NCBI GenBank assembly: GCA_026416455.1
Contig: JAOAFE010000003.1
Span: 7,779 to 71,778 of the forward strand
Direction of reading: 5' to 3'
DNA from: Syntrophales bacterium
GTDB lineage: Bacteria; Desulfobacterota; Syntrophia; Syntrophales; UBA8958
DNA: 64,000 bases
A program made the translations under genes and the position numbers. The notes beneath the pieces are model-generated. The model saw nothing but the letters and a program-made list of their open reading frames with translations. It was not told the origin of the DNA and did not search any database. Shown one piece after another: positions 48,062 through 56,917 of this stretch. The first letter of the stretch is position 1. Each line of letters opens with the position of its first letter.

Positions 48062-50095
48062 TCAATAGACAACCGGTTCTCGCATGATAAGGGCGATTGC
48101 TTGATCAGCCACCCGTGCAATTTCTTCGTGGGTCCCGCTTAAGGATCTAATCTGTCTTAAGTTGTCAGCTGTTCTCAAAATTAGCATCGCCATTTCTCCC
48201 TCAGAGATACCCGTTTCTTGTACCAAAAGATCCCAATCCCATCCCCGAGCCCAATCGTACATGATCTGAACTGGCCAGAAATAGAGGGGCCTTACCTCAA
48301 AAGCCCGTTCCTGTATTCTTTTCGCAAGTGGTTTTATCGCCGATAAAACCTGGCGAAATACTTTAAGAAGCTTCGCAGGGGGACGGCGAGGACCCCGTAA
48401 CCTTATATCTTGATCACCATCATAAGCAAAAGCAGACACTAGGGCTGCAAGCAAAGCAGCATCTTGAGGGAAAACCCTTTGACGCAAGCATTCTGCTATA
48501 AGAAGAGGTTGATCCAACCTCAACTGGGAAGCCCAAAGTCCGTCTTCCGTAAGTCGATTATTTTCATCAACAAAACCCTCTGCTTTGAGAAAATCGATAT
48601 GGCGCTCAAAATCTTTCCAAAGCGAATTTACACTCCCTCTTCTTTTGTCTTTACTTTGAAAAGCAGCGAATGAGTGTTCTACTATCTCCTTTATACCCTC
48701 CGGAGTTTGGGACATAAGAAGGTTCAAGACCATGGCGAAATCAGCTTTAATTTGACTATTCACACTTTCTGGAGGGCTACCAAGGAGTTTTTCGATATGG
48801 CGAAAATCCATGAAGCGGCCGGGAACCACCATAAGAAATCCTATATTATCTTGTCCCCTGCGCCCCGCCCGACCCGTCATCTGATGAAATTCCGTACCCC
48901 GCAGGGGCGTGAAGTCATGGCCGTTAAAAATATCGGAATTGAGCATAACAATAGTTCTCGCTGGATAGTTAACCCCTGCCGCCACGGTCGTAGTAGCAAA
49001 AATAGCATCGAGAAAACCATTATTCATCATCGTCTCTACCATGAATTTCCAAGCGGGAAGCTGACCACCATGATGGGAAGCCACACGACAATGCTCTAAG
49101 TAATACAATTGCCTATGAGTAGCAAGAAAAGGAAATTTTTCGAGCATTTCCTGAAGGAAAGTCTTGAATTCACTTTCGTCTCTTCTTTCCGTTGCAAAAC
49201 GGCGGCACGATTTCAATGCGGCATCACAATCGGCCCTCGATTTGAGAAAAAATATGGCCGGAAGAAGGTTAAGTTCCCTCATTACCCTGAGAATATCTCC
49301 AAAAGGTGGTGGACCATGAAACCTTCTTCCTTCCAACTCAAAATCCCTAATCTGTGGATTGAGTTTACCCTTGACCAAGAAGGGCACTATCTGTCCTGTA
49401 GGATGCAAGAAAAGGGGATAGAGGGGAACGGGCCTTTTCTCCTCTTTGACCACCTGGCAAGGCTTGTCACGCAATGATGAAAGCCAGGTAGCTATCTCTT
49501 CAGCGTTCCCAATGGTCGCCGAAAGCAGGAGAAGGTTCACCCGAGTGGGCAAGTATACCATTACCTCTTCCCATACCACCCCTCGCTCCGGGTCTCCTAA
49601 ATAGTGAGCTTCATCCAACACCACAAGATCACAAGGGAAATCACTTCCTTCCCCCATGGCGTCGTACATCTGATTGCGCAAGATTTCCGTAGTCCCGACG
49701 ATGATAGGGGCATCGGGATTCTCCTTAGTGTCACCCGTGAGGATACCCACCTTTTCTTTTCCAAAATAATGGCTGAATTCTATCCATTTGGCATTGCTCA
49801 AAGCCTTGAGAGGAGTTGCGTACCACGCTCTACCGCCTGAATCTAATACTCGCTTTATGGCCTCTCGGGCAATCCAAGTCTTACCCGCCCCCGTCGGTGC
49901 CGTCACCAGGCAATCCCCCCTTTGAATAGCGTAGAGAGCTTCTAATTGAAATGGATCCGGCCGGAAGGGCTTTTCTTTCGGCTTTCCAATCTGACCGAAA
50001 ATCTTTCTTAACGAACCTTCAACTGATGGCACCATCAAGGCAGGCTGATGCCGAATTCGTCTTCGAAAATGACGATTTCGAGAAGATGATTTCAT
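48062..50095 (-). CDS. Ski2/HelY-like DEAH-box helicase
   Basis: 677 aa. Motifs APTGAGKT, VVLDEAHY, LSAT and QMTGRAGRRG, with a helical C-terminal domain as in Ski2-type helicases. Confidence 0.85.
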   Translation of the reverse strand: MKSSSRNRHFRRRIRHQPALMVPSVEGSLRKIFGQIGKPKEKPFRPDPFQLEALYAIQRGDCLVTAPTGAGKTWIAREAIKRVLDSGGRAWYATPLKALSNAKWIEFSHYFGKEKVGILTGDTKENPDAPIIVGTTEILRNQMYDAMGEGSDFPCDLVVLDEAHYLGDPERGVVWEEVMVYLPTRVNLLLLSATIGNAEEIATWLSSLRDKPCQVVKEEKRPVPLYPLFLHPTGQIVPFLVKGKLNPQIRDFELEGRRFHGPPPFGDILRVMRELNLLPAIFFLKSRADCDAALKSCRRFATERRDESEFKTFLQEMLEKFPFLATHRQLYYLEHCRVASHHGGQLPAWKFMVETMMNNGFLDAIFATTTVAAGVNYPARTIVMLNSDIFNGHDFTPLRGTEFHQMTGRAGRRGQDNIGFLMVVPGRFMDFRHIEKLLGSPPESVNSQIKADFAMVLNLLMSQTPEGIKEIVEHSFAAFQSKDKRRGSVNSLWKDFERHIDFLKAEGFVDENNRLTEDGLWASQLRLDQPLLIAECLRQRVFPQDAALLAALVSAFAYDGDQDIRLRGPRRPPAKLLKVFRQVLSAIKPLAKRIQERAFEVRPLYFWPVQIMYDWARGWDWDLLVQETGISEGEMAMLILRTADNLRQIRSLSGTHEEIARVADQAIALIMREPVVY

Positions 50096-50601
50096 GGAAA
50101 ATAAATTAGTTCCGTAAGGCGGCGTGATACGGAATGAGCTAAAGAGGCAAGCAAAGTGGTATCCATCTCGGGAATATATCGATAAGGAGATGGGTCTCCA
50201 TGATTTAAGCTACCCACCACTTCATCTCCCAATGAGAAAGGAGCAATGGCCATAGATCTTAATAGATACTTGTGGCGAGGAAAAAGGGGCAAATATGGTC
50301 GAATGTTTTCACTAACCAAAATAGGCTCCTGGCGGTTAGCCGTTAAACTTTCGAAAATCTCACGCGACACAATATTTAGGCTATGCCGAAAGAAATCGGA
50401 AGAATCTAACGCCTTTCTCACCGGTAACGACAAATCATCCTCTATGATTGTAATCCAGAGAAAAGGAATGGCAAATGCCTTTTCCATCCCCTCCCGCCAG
50501 GCAATAAAAACCGATTCAACAGTCGTACATCTATTGATACGTCTTTTAAGTTCTCCGAAACGGGCGGCAATTTCTGCATTTATCTTCAAGATGTCTTTCA
50601 T
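50092..50601 (-). CDS. GAF-like DUF484 (YigA-like) family protein
   Basis: 169 aa. The C-terminal VVGSLNHGDPSPYRYIPEMDTTLLASLAHSV resembles the DUF484 signature as I remember it. ATGA overlaps on both sides. Needs HMM confirmation. Confidence 0.5.
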   Translation of the reverse strand: MKDILKINAEIAARFGELKRRINRCTTVESVFIAWREGMEKAFAIPFLWITIIEDDLSLPVRKALDSSDFFRHSLNIVSREIFESLTANRQEPILVSENIRPYLPLFPRHKYLLRSMAIAPFSLGDEVVGSLNHGDPSPYRYIPEMDTTLLASLAHSVSRRLTELIYFP

Positions 50602-51401
50602 AACTCCAAGCGGTCAAATTCGGCCACCAAGACCGTATGATCCGACGGTCGTTCCTGCATGCGGGGTGTGAGGTCGATATAACAATTTCTAAGGTGAGGA
50701 ACGAGCACACGAGTGGCCAGTAGGTGATCCACTCTCCACCCCAAATTCCTCTCCACCGCTTTTGGTACCCGATAATCAAAGAACGTGTATTGTCCCTCTT
50801 CTTTTGGGTGGATAAGACGGAACAGATCCACCATGCCAAAAGAAACTACCTCATCAAAGGCCTTCCACACCTCAGGGTTAAAATCTACATGCCCAAGTAG
50901 ACGTTTAGGATCGTGTACGTCTATGGGTTCTCTCGCTACATTCAGATCACCGCACCAGATTACCTTGTCGTTAGGCGTAAATTTCCTAATAAACATCTCC
51001 TTTAAACGGCGAAACCATTCCAGTTTATAGGCAAAAAACTCTGTTCCCATTTCACGTCCTTGGGGTACATAGGTATTTATTACCGTCAGTTCACCAAATC
51101 GGGTAATGAGAAGGCGATCCTCATCTGGAGGTCCCCCGTCATTAAAACCAAAAGACACTTCATTAGGTTCTAAAAGAGAAATGGTGGCAACGCCGTTGTA
51201 CTGTTTAAAGCCGCGGTAGATGGTATGATAACCCACCTCAGAGAACGCCTCTTTAGGGAATGCAACATCGGGAACTTTCGTTTCTTGAAGGCAAAGGATA
51301 ACGGGTCGATTAACCTCTAACCATTTTAAAACCAAAGGCATTCGGCTTCGAAGGGAATTTACATTAAAGGTAGCAATCTTGAAATTTTCGACTAATGTCA
51401 T
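50598..51401 (-). CDS. xth: exodeoxyribonuclease III
   Basis: 267 aa. Motifs KIATFNVNSLRSR, LQETK, GDLNVA and SDH at the C-terminus. Confidence 0.9.
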   Translation of the reverse strand: MTLVENFKIATFNVNSLRSRMPLVLKWLEVNRPVILCLQETKVPDVAFPKEAFSEVGYHTIYRGFKQYNGVATISLLEPNEVSFGFNDGGPPDEDRLLITRFGELTVINTYVPQGREMGTEFFAYKLEWFRRLKEMFIRKFTPNDKVIWCGDLNVAREPIDVHDPKRLLGHVDFNPEVWKAFDEVVSFGMVDLFRLIHPKEEGQYTFFDYRVPKAVERNLGWRVDHLLATRVLVPHLRNCYIDLTPRMQERPSDHTVLVAEFDRLEL

Positions 51402-51501
51402 GGAAACTCATTTACCACGGGCCATCGGAAATATCAATTCTTGTGGTAATCGACAAAAAGGTATAGAAAAGGGTTTGAAAATCTTTAGTAGGAGGTCTCT
51501 C

Positions 51502-53058
51502 ATGAGTGGAGAAGAAAAAGGGAAGAAAAAAATATGGGGGGAGCTCTCGCGTCGCGATTTCGTCAAATCATTAGGAGGTAGTGCTCTCATAGCCGGCACC
51601 ACCTTGGGCGGTCTTACGCTTCCTGGCCCAGCGGAAGCGGCTTTCGGTGATTTACCAAAAAAATGGGATATCACAACGGATGTGCTCATCATCGGAAGCG
51701 GGTTTGCCGGATTGGCCGCCGCCATTGAAGCAAAGAATGCAGGTGCAAAGACAATGGTGATCGAGAAAATGCCCGTTTTCGGAGGTAATTCCATCATCAA
51801 CGGGGGAGATTTTTCCGCCGCCGGGACGAAGATGCAAAAAGAAGCAGGAATTAACGATTCACCGGAGCTTATGTTAAAGGACATGTTAAAAGCGGGTCTT
51901 TACCTTAACCACGTAGATAAAGCAAAAATTGTGGCGGAAAAGTCGAATGAAGCTCTCGAATGGTGTATTAATTACATTGGGGCTAACTTCGCTCGCTTAA
52001 CCTATCATGGAGGTCATTCCGTGAAAAGATCCCATCAGACGGTAAATGCCTCTGGATCAGAATTGGTCAACAAATTACTGCAGAAGGCTCGGGAGCTGGG
52101 GGTTACGCTGGAAAATAAAACTAAACTCACTCGCTTAATAATGGACAAAAAGGGACGGGTAGTAGGAGCTGAAGTAAAGAAAGACTACAAGTTCCCAGAT
52201 GAATCCTCGGGGAAAAGGGCGTTCATCCGAGCCAAAAAGGCCGTAATTTTAGCGGCGGGTGGATTTTCTCGAGATGTGCGCCTAAGGCTCGTCCATGACC
52301 CGCGTTTAGACGAAAGATTCGACTCCACCAATCAACCTGGCGCGACGGGGGAAGTATTACTGGCTGCCGGCCAGGCTGGTGCCATGACGGTTCATCTAGA
52401 TTGGATTCAGTTAGGTCCTTGGGCAAGTCCAGATGAAAAGGGATTCGGATACGTTCCTCTCTTCTGTGAACGCCTGGTAGGTTACGGTCCCATGATCGAT
52501 CCCAAAACGGGCAAGAGATTCTTTAAAGAAACGGGTAACCGCAAAGAAAGGGCAGACGCTATAATTCTATTAGGTTATCCCGTTCTCATTATGGGGGATG
52601 CCTACGCCGTCCACAAGCAAGTCTTCCCCCAAGCCTTGGAAAAGGGGCTTCAATCAGGGGCTATTAAAAAATTTGACACCCTACAAGATCTAGCAAAATT
52701 TTACGGCATCCCGGAAAAGGAATTTCTTTCCCAAATCGAACGCTGGAACAGTTTCGTGGAAAAGAAGAAAGACGACGATTTAGACTGTATGATCTTCCCC
52801 GACGCCAAACCTATGGCGACTCCACCTTTTTATGCCGCTCGACTGTGGCCCAAAGTCCACTACACCATGGGTGGTCTATACGCAGACAAAGATGCGAGAG
52901 TAATTGGGTTCGATTTTAAGCCTATTGCCGGCCTCTATGCAGCTGGTGAAATTGTAGGAGCCGTCCATGGCGCAGTGCGCCTCGGGGGTGTTGCTATGGC
53001 TACCTGTATTGTCTTCGGACGCATTGCCGGTCAGAACGCAGCTCGCGAACAGGTGTGA
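51502..53058 (+). CDS. Tat-exported FAD-dependent oxidoreductase of the fumarate reductase/flavocytochrome c flavoprotein family (no heme domain)
   Basis: ORF 51379..53058. ATG 51502 is preferred (TAGGAGGT SD). Tat motif SRRDFVKS...PAEA, dinucleotide fold IIGSGFAGLAAA, and C-terminal GLYAAGEIVGAVHGAVRLGG. Confidence 0.8.
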   Translation: MSGEEKGKKKIWGELSRRDFVKSLGGSALIAGTTLGGLTLPGPAEAAFGDLPKKWDITTDVLIIGSGFAGLAAAIEAKNAGAKTMVIEKMPVFGGNSIINGGDFSAAGTKMQKEAGINDSPELMLKDMLKAGLYLNHVDKAKIVAEKSNEALEWCINYIGANFARLTYHGGHSVKRSHQTVNASGSELVNKLLQKARELGVTLENKTKLTRLIMDKKGRVVGAEVKKDYKFPDESSGKRAFIRAKKAVILAAGGFSRDVRLRLVHDPRLDERFDSTNQPGATGEVLLAAGQAGAMTVHLDWIQLGPWASPDEKGFGYVPLFCERLVGYGPMIDPKTGKRFFKETGNRKERADAIILLGYPVLIMGDAYAVHKQVFPQALEKGLQSGAIKKFDTLQDLAKFYGIPEKEFLSQIERWNSFVEKKKDDDLDCMIFPDAKPMATPPFYAARLWPKVHYTMGGLYADKDARVIGFDFKPIAGLYAAGEIVGAVHGAVRLGGVAMATCIVFGRIAGQNAAREQV

Positions 53059-53073
53059 GCCCATAAAATGAAA

Positions 53074-53100
53074 GGGAAGGGCTATTTCTTTGCCCTTCCC
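53074..53100. terminator. shared hairpin between the convergent flavoprotein and rubrerythrin genes
   Basis: GGGAAGGGC / GCCCTTCCC 9-bp stem. The minus reading is followed by TTTCATTTT, the plus reading by ACCATTTCTC. Confidence 0.65.
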
Positions 53101-53108
53101 ACCATTTC

Positions 53109-53687
53109 TCAATAGTTTTCCGCCAGAATTTCATAATAACTCTGGGGATGAAGGCAGGCTGGACACGTTTTCGGGGCTTCGGTGCCTTCATAAACGTATC
53201 CGCAATTCGTACAGTGCCACTTCTTTACTTCCGATCGCTTAAACACCTCTCCCTTCTCAATATTCTCGATGAGCTTCCGATAACGGGCTTCATGAAACTT
53301 CTCCACCTTGGCAATCTGTTCGAACGAACGGGCAATTTCAGAAAAACCCTCTTGTTTTGCTATCTCGGCAAAATTGCTGTATAAAGTACTCCATTCTGTC
53401 AGCTCTCCCTGGGCAGCTTGTTCGAGGTTCTTTTTTGTATCTCCAATCACACCCGCCGGATAGCCAGCCGTAATTACGACCTCTCCTCCCTCGAGATACT
53501 TAAAGAAGACCTTGGCATGTTCTCTTTCGTTTTCCGCCGTCTCCATAAAAATATTGGCAATTTGTTCATAGCCTTCTTTCCTGGCTTGACTGGCAAAATA
53601 AGTATATCTCATCCTCGCCTGTGACTCGCCAGCAAAGGCCGCCAGCAGATTCTTTTCCGTTTGAGTACCTTTGATTGATTTTTCCAT
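53109..53687 (-). CDS. rubrerythrin
   Basis: ORF 53109..53876. ATG 53687 is preferred (AAAGGAGG SD). Motifs KGTQTEKNLLAAFAGESQARMRY, ENEREHA, and rubredoxin-like CTNCGY...CPACLHP. Confidence 0.9.
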   Translation of the reverse strand: MEKSIKGTQTEKNLLAAFAGESQARMRYTYFASQARKEGYEQIANIFMETAENEREHAKVFFKYLEGGEVVITAGYPAGVIGDTKKNLEQAAQGELTEWSTLYSNFAEIAKQEGFSEIARSFEQIAKVEKFHEARYRKLIENIEKGEVFKRSEVKKWHCTNCGYVYEGTEAPKTCPACLHPQSYYEILAENY

Positions 53688-53721
53688 TTCCTTGCCTCCT
53701 TTCTTTCTTTCAATGGGAAAT

Positions 53722-53749
53722 AAATTAACTCCTTTTAATAACATGTCAA
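53722..53749 (-). promoter_or_regulatory. candidate sigma70 promoter for rubrerythrin
   Basis: The minus strand has TTGACA-16 nt-TAATTT, about 35 nt upstream of the ATG. Confidence 0.4.
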
Positions 53750-53847
53750 GAAAACCCAAATTTTTACCCCGCTCAACAGTAGTAGCTGACCATGAAATTA
53801 ATGAAGTTGCGTTTTTCGGCCAACGTCTATCTCCACCCTCTATAAAA

Positions 53848-54780
53848 TCAAGAGCCAGGGTTTTCACAATGGGCATGGGGAGGAATCCCTCGTACCGGCA
53901 GGTCGATAAACTTCATAAACACCTTTTGAAATCGTTGAAAATACTTATTCGCTTCGCCCGGATTGGAGCTGGGAAGCTCCAATGTCACCGTAAAAATCCC
54001 CCGCTCGTTTCCAGCATAATTTCCTAAAGAGCCGGGATAGTAACCGAACTTTCTCAAAGGATGGTTAGCTTCACTGGCAATTTTCTTGAGCCATTTTTCA
54101 AAAGAATTTAAATCCGTAGAAGGTCCATCGTAATCGAAGAAATTCAGGGGCGAGTGTACGCTTAAAATCTTGTTAGGTTTGAAACGGTTAATGAGAGCCA
54201 TCTGAAAAAGAGTCTCCGGCTCGGAAGCCGGTCTGTCACCTGGATAATAACGTGGAATAGACTTGACCTTTGTTCTCCAGTATTTATGTGCTTCTCGCCG
54301 CCAATTTCTGGTCGGAAAATTTCGATTTATATCTACCCCACGACCGTTTACTCTCGTCATAGGGTGGGAAAAAAATCCATCCGGATTGACCAAAGGAGCA
54401 ATGACCACACACTTGCCTCGAATCATCTCTGGGTGTTCCCATAGATATTGGGCCAAAGCAAACGTGAGATAAACGGTTGGGGTTTCGTCTCCATGAACTC
54501 CCCCTAGAAAAAGAACGCAGCTTTTACTCCCTTCTCCTAAGCGCACAAAGACCAAAGGATGTCCGCCATTAGAACGACGATGACTTTCCCAAGGCAAATT
54601 AGAAAAACGGAGATCTTTCCAGCCATAATTTTCCGCTTTGTTTTTCAAAAGCTGAACAAAAGATTCACCGTGTATGGCATTAGATGCCAAAGTGGCAGGT
54701 GGTAGATATAGAAAAAAAACCATAACGATAAACAAAGCTTGCTTTGCAGTTCTCATCTCAGGCATCACTAATAGCAACAT
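53848..54780 (-). CDS. M14 family zinc carboxypeptidase (MpaA-like murein peptide amidase)
   Basis: 310 aa. Signal peptide, GGVHGDETP (HxxE) and DINRNFP. The start could be M1, M6 or M9. Confidence 0.75.
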   Translation of the reverse strand: MLLLVMPEMRTAKQALFIVMVFFLYLPPATLASNAIHGESFVQLLKNKAENYGWKDLRFSNLPWESHRRSNGGHPLVFVRLGEGSKSCVLFLGGVHGDETPTVYLTFALAQYLWEHPEMIRGKCVVIAPLVNPDGFFSHPMTRVNGRGVDINRNFPTRNWRREAHKYWRTKVKSIPRYYPGDRPASEPETLFQMALINRFKPNKILSVHSPLNFFDYDGPSTDLNSFEKWLKKIASEANHPLRKFGYYPGSLGNYAGNERGIFTVTLELPSSNPGEANKYFQRFQKVFMKFIDLPVRGIPPHAHCENPGS

Positions 54781-54986
54781 GGATTTACCCTATGCTAGAT
54801 TAGCTTGGTCCGAAAGGGGACACTTAATGATACCCCCCGTCCTTCCCACTCAACCATTCGCCTTGAAGAATATAATTCATCGATCATGAAGTAGCAATTC
54901 GCTTAAACACTATATTCCGACTCTTTACTTTTTGCTATATTGTCTGTAATCATTGGCCATCAGCAATCATGAGAGGATAGCTTATC

Positions 54987-55700
54987 ATGACCAGGGGAAT
55001 TTATATAATAGGGACGGACACAGAAGTTGGAAAATCAGTCATTGCCGCTGGCCTCATGGCTACCCTTATCCAGAGAGGATATCGAGCTGCCTACTTCAAA
55101 CCAATATCAAGTGGCCAAACGCAGGATGAAAACGGCTTTCATCCTGCCGACGCCTTCTTTGTACGTCATATCTCAGGTTTCGATGAAAAGGAAGAAATAA
55201 TCTCCCCCTTTGCCTATTACCACGCGGTTGCCCCCCACCTCGCTGCCCGCTGGGAACAAAACCCAGTGTCCGTACCACGTATTAAGAATAATCTTAATTA
55301 CCTCAAGGAGCGATACGAAATAATTATTGCCGAAGCGGCAGGGGGAATAGCCGTTCCTCTCAACGACCATGGTCTCATGCAGTATGAACTTATTAGAGAA
55401 TTGAGGTTTTCTTGTGCCCTCGTAACCAGGGCAGGCCTTGGCACGATTAACCATACCCTCCTTACCCTTTCATTCGCCAGTAAAGAGCAGCTAGAAGTGA
55501 CATCAATTTTTATCAACCAATATACAGGGGCTCCATTAGAAGTTGAAAATATAGAGGTGATAAGACGATGGTCCAACGTGGAAAATATATACGTTGTGCC
55601 TGCCTTGGAGACCCTCGATAGATATAGCTTAATCAACGCCTTCAATAACATTCTCAATTCGAAAGATCTAGATAACATTTTAAAACCGTTACCAGATTAA
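54987..55700 (+). CDS. bioD: dethiobiotin synthase
   Basis: 237 aa. P-loop GTDTEVGKS and EAAGG. Confidence 0.85.
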   Translation: MTRGIYIIGTDTEVGKSVIAAGLMATLIQRGYRAAYFKPISSGQTQDENGFHPADAFFVRHISGFDEKEEIISPFAYYHAVAPHLAARWEQNPVSVPRIKNNLNYLKERYEIIIAEAAGGIAVPLNDHGLMQYELIRELRFSCALVTRAGLGTINHTLLTLSFASKEQLEVTSIFINQYTGAPLEVENIEVIRRWSNVENIYVVPALETLDRYSLINAFNNILNSKDLDNILKPLPD

Positions 55701-55708
55701 GAGCGAGA

Positions 55709-56917
55709 ATGAACTTTGAACAATATCTCATTACACAGATAGAAGAGATAAAGTGTGCAGGTCTTTATCGGCAGCCGAAATACCTCTCTTCTCCCCAGGG
55801 TCCCCGTATTAAAATTGATGGAAAAAATTGTCTCCTTTTTTCTTCAAATAGTTACCTGGGATTGTGCACCGATCCCCGCCTGAAGAAGGCAGCTTACGAT
55901 GCCATTGAATCCTTCGGTGTGGGTTCTGGCGGCTCTCGCCTGACAACCGGCAGTTACGATATACATAGACAACTGGAGGAGAAAATAGCTGATTTGAAGG
56001 GAACAGAGGGGGCTATGGTCTTCAATACGGGCTACATGGCCAATGTAGGGGTAATTTCTGCCCTTATAGATAAAAATTGGATCGTTTTTTCCGACGAGCT
56101 TAATCACGCAAGCATCGTCGACGGGTGCCGTTTGAGTGGAGGGAAGATCGTAGTTTATGCCCACAGTAACATAGACGATTTAGCCAGAAAAATAGCTCTT
56201 CATCGTGGCCGACCTTCCTTAATAGTCACCGATGGTGTTTTTAGTGTTGACGGGGATATCGCCCCCCTTCCCGACATCGTTGACCTGGCGAAAAAAGAAA
56301 AAGCCGTGCTCATGGTGGACGACGCTCATGCCACTGGTGTACTGGGAGACAAAGGAGGGGGAACGGCGGATCTCTTTCATCTGTCCTGCGAGATCGATAT
56401 TCAAATGGGCACTTTTAGCAAAGCTCTAGCCAGCGAAGGTGGATTCATAGCTGGGAAAAAGGTGCTCATCGAGTACTTGATGAATCGGGCTCGTAGCTTT
56501 ATCTTTTCCACCGCGCTTAATCCAGCTTCATGTGCTGTTTCTTTAGCCGCGCTCGATATAGTAAAGAGAGAACCCGAAAGAAGAGCACTCCTTTTAGAAA
56601 AAGCAAAATGGGTGCGTGAACAACTGGAAGCCATGTCCTTACCTGTGCTTCCCGGATCGACTCCCATCATCCCTTTAATAATCGGCGAAGCAGAAAAAGC
56701 TGTGGAGTTCAGCGAAAGATTGTGGCAGCGGGGAATTTTCATTCCCGCCTTGAGACCTCCAACCGTTAAACCTGGCTTCAGTCGCTTGCGCATCTCCCTG
56801 ATGGCCACCCATAGTTGGGAGGATTTGGAATATATGATAAATGCCGTTAAAGAAGTTGCAGAAAAAATGAATCTCAAAGGTAGAAGCCGTGAAAGATTGG
56901 CAGGAAAGAGATCTTAA
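55709..56917 (+). CDS. bioF: 8-amino-7-oxononanoate synthase
   Basis: 402 aa. Motifs NSYLGL, DDAHATG and GTFSKALASEGG (PLP Lys). Confidence 0.9.
   Translation: MNFEQYLITQIEEIKCAGLYRQPKYLSSPQGPRIKIDGKNCLLFSSNSYLGLCTDPRLKKAAYDAIESFGVGSGGSRLTTGSYDIHRQLEEKIADLKGTEGAMVFNTGYMANVGVISALIDKNWIVFSDELNHASIVDGCRLSGGKIVVYAHSNIDDLARKIALHRGRPSLIVTDGVFSVDGDIAPLPDIVDLAKKEKAVLMVDDAHATGVLGDKGGGTADLFHLSCEIDIQMGTFSKALASEGGFIAGKKVLIEYLMNRARSFIFSTALNPASCAVSLAALDIVKREPERRALLLEKAKWVREQLEAMSLPVLPGSTPIIPLIIGEAEKAVEFSERLWQRGIFIPALRPPTVKPGFSRLRISLMATHSWEDLEYMINAVKEVAEKMNLKGRSRERLAGKRS

Noticed and set aside
47736-48087. ORFs 47736..48065 (-) and 47824..48087 (+) spanning the uvrA-helicase gap
   Set aside because: They run through the tRNA-Glu gene and its terminator. 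The translated sequences are low-information.
51379-51501. N-terminal extensions in the ORF track (also 53688..53876, 62432..62701, 20415..20552, 13874..13933, 1875..1961)
   Set aside because: Internal ATGs preceded by good SDs coincide with the start of signal peptides or conserved N-terminal motifs. The extensions overlap divergent promoters or neighbouring genes.
53792-53805. ATGAAATTAATGAA upstream of rubrerythrin as a possible PerR/Fur box
   Set aside because: It is a direct rather than inverted repeat, matches the Fur/PerR consensus poorly, and lies about 45 nt upstream of the -35.
54781-54986. Search for a BirA/BioR/BioQ-type operator upstream of bioD
   Set aside because: I found only weak, imperfect inverted repeats (for example ATTGTCTG.../...CAGCAAT) and nothing resembling TGTAAACC-N-GGTTTACA. 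I cannot support a call.
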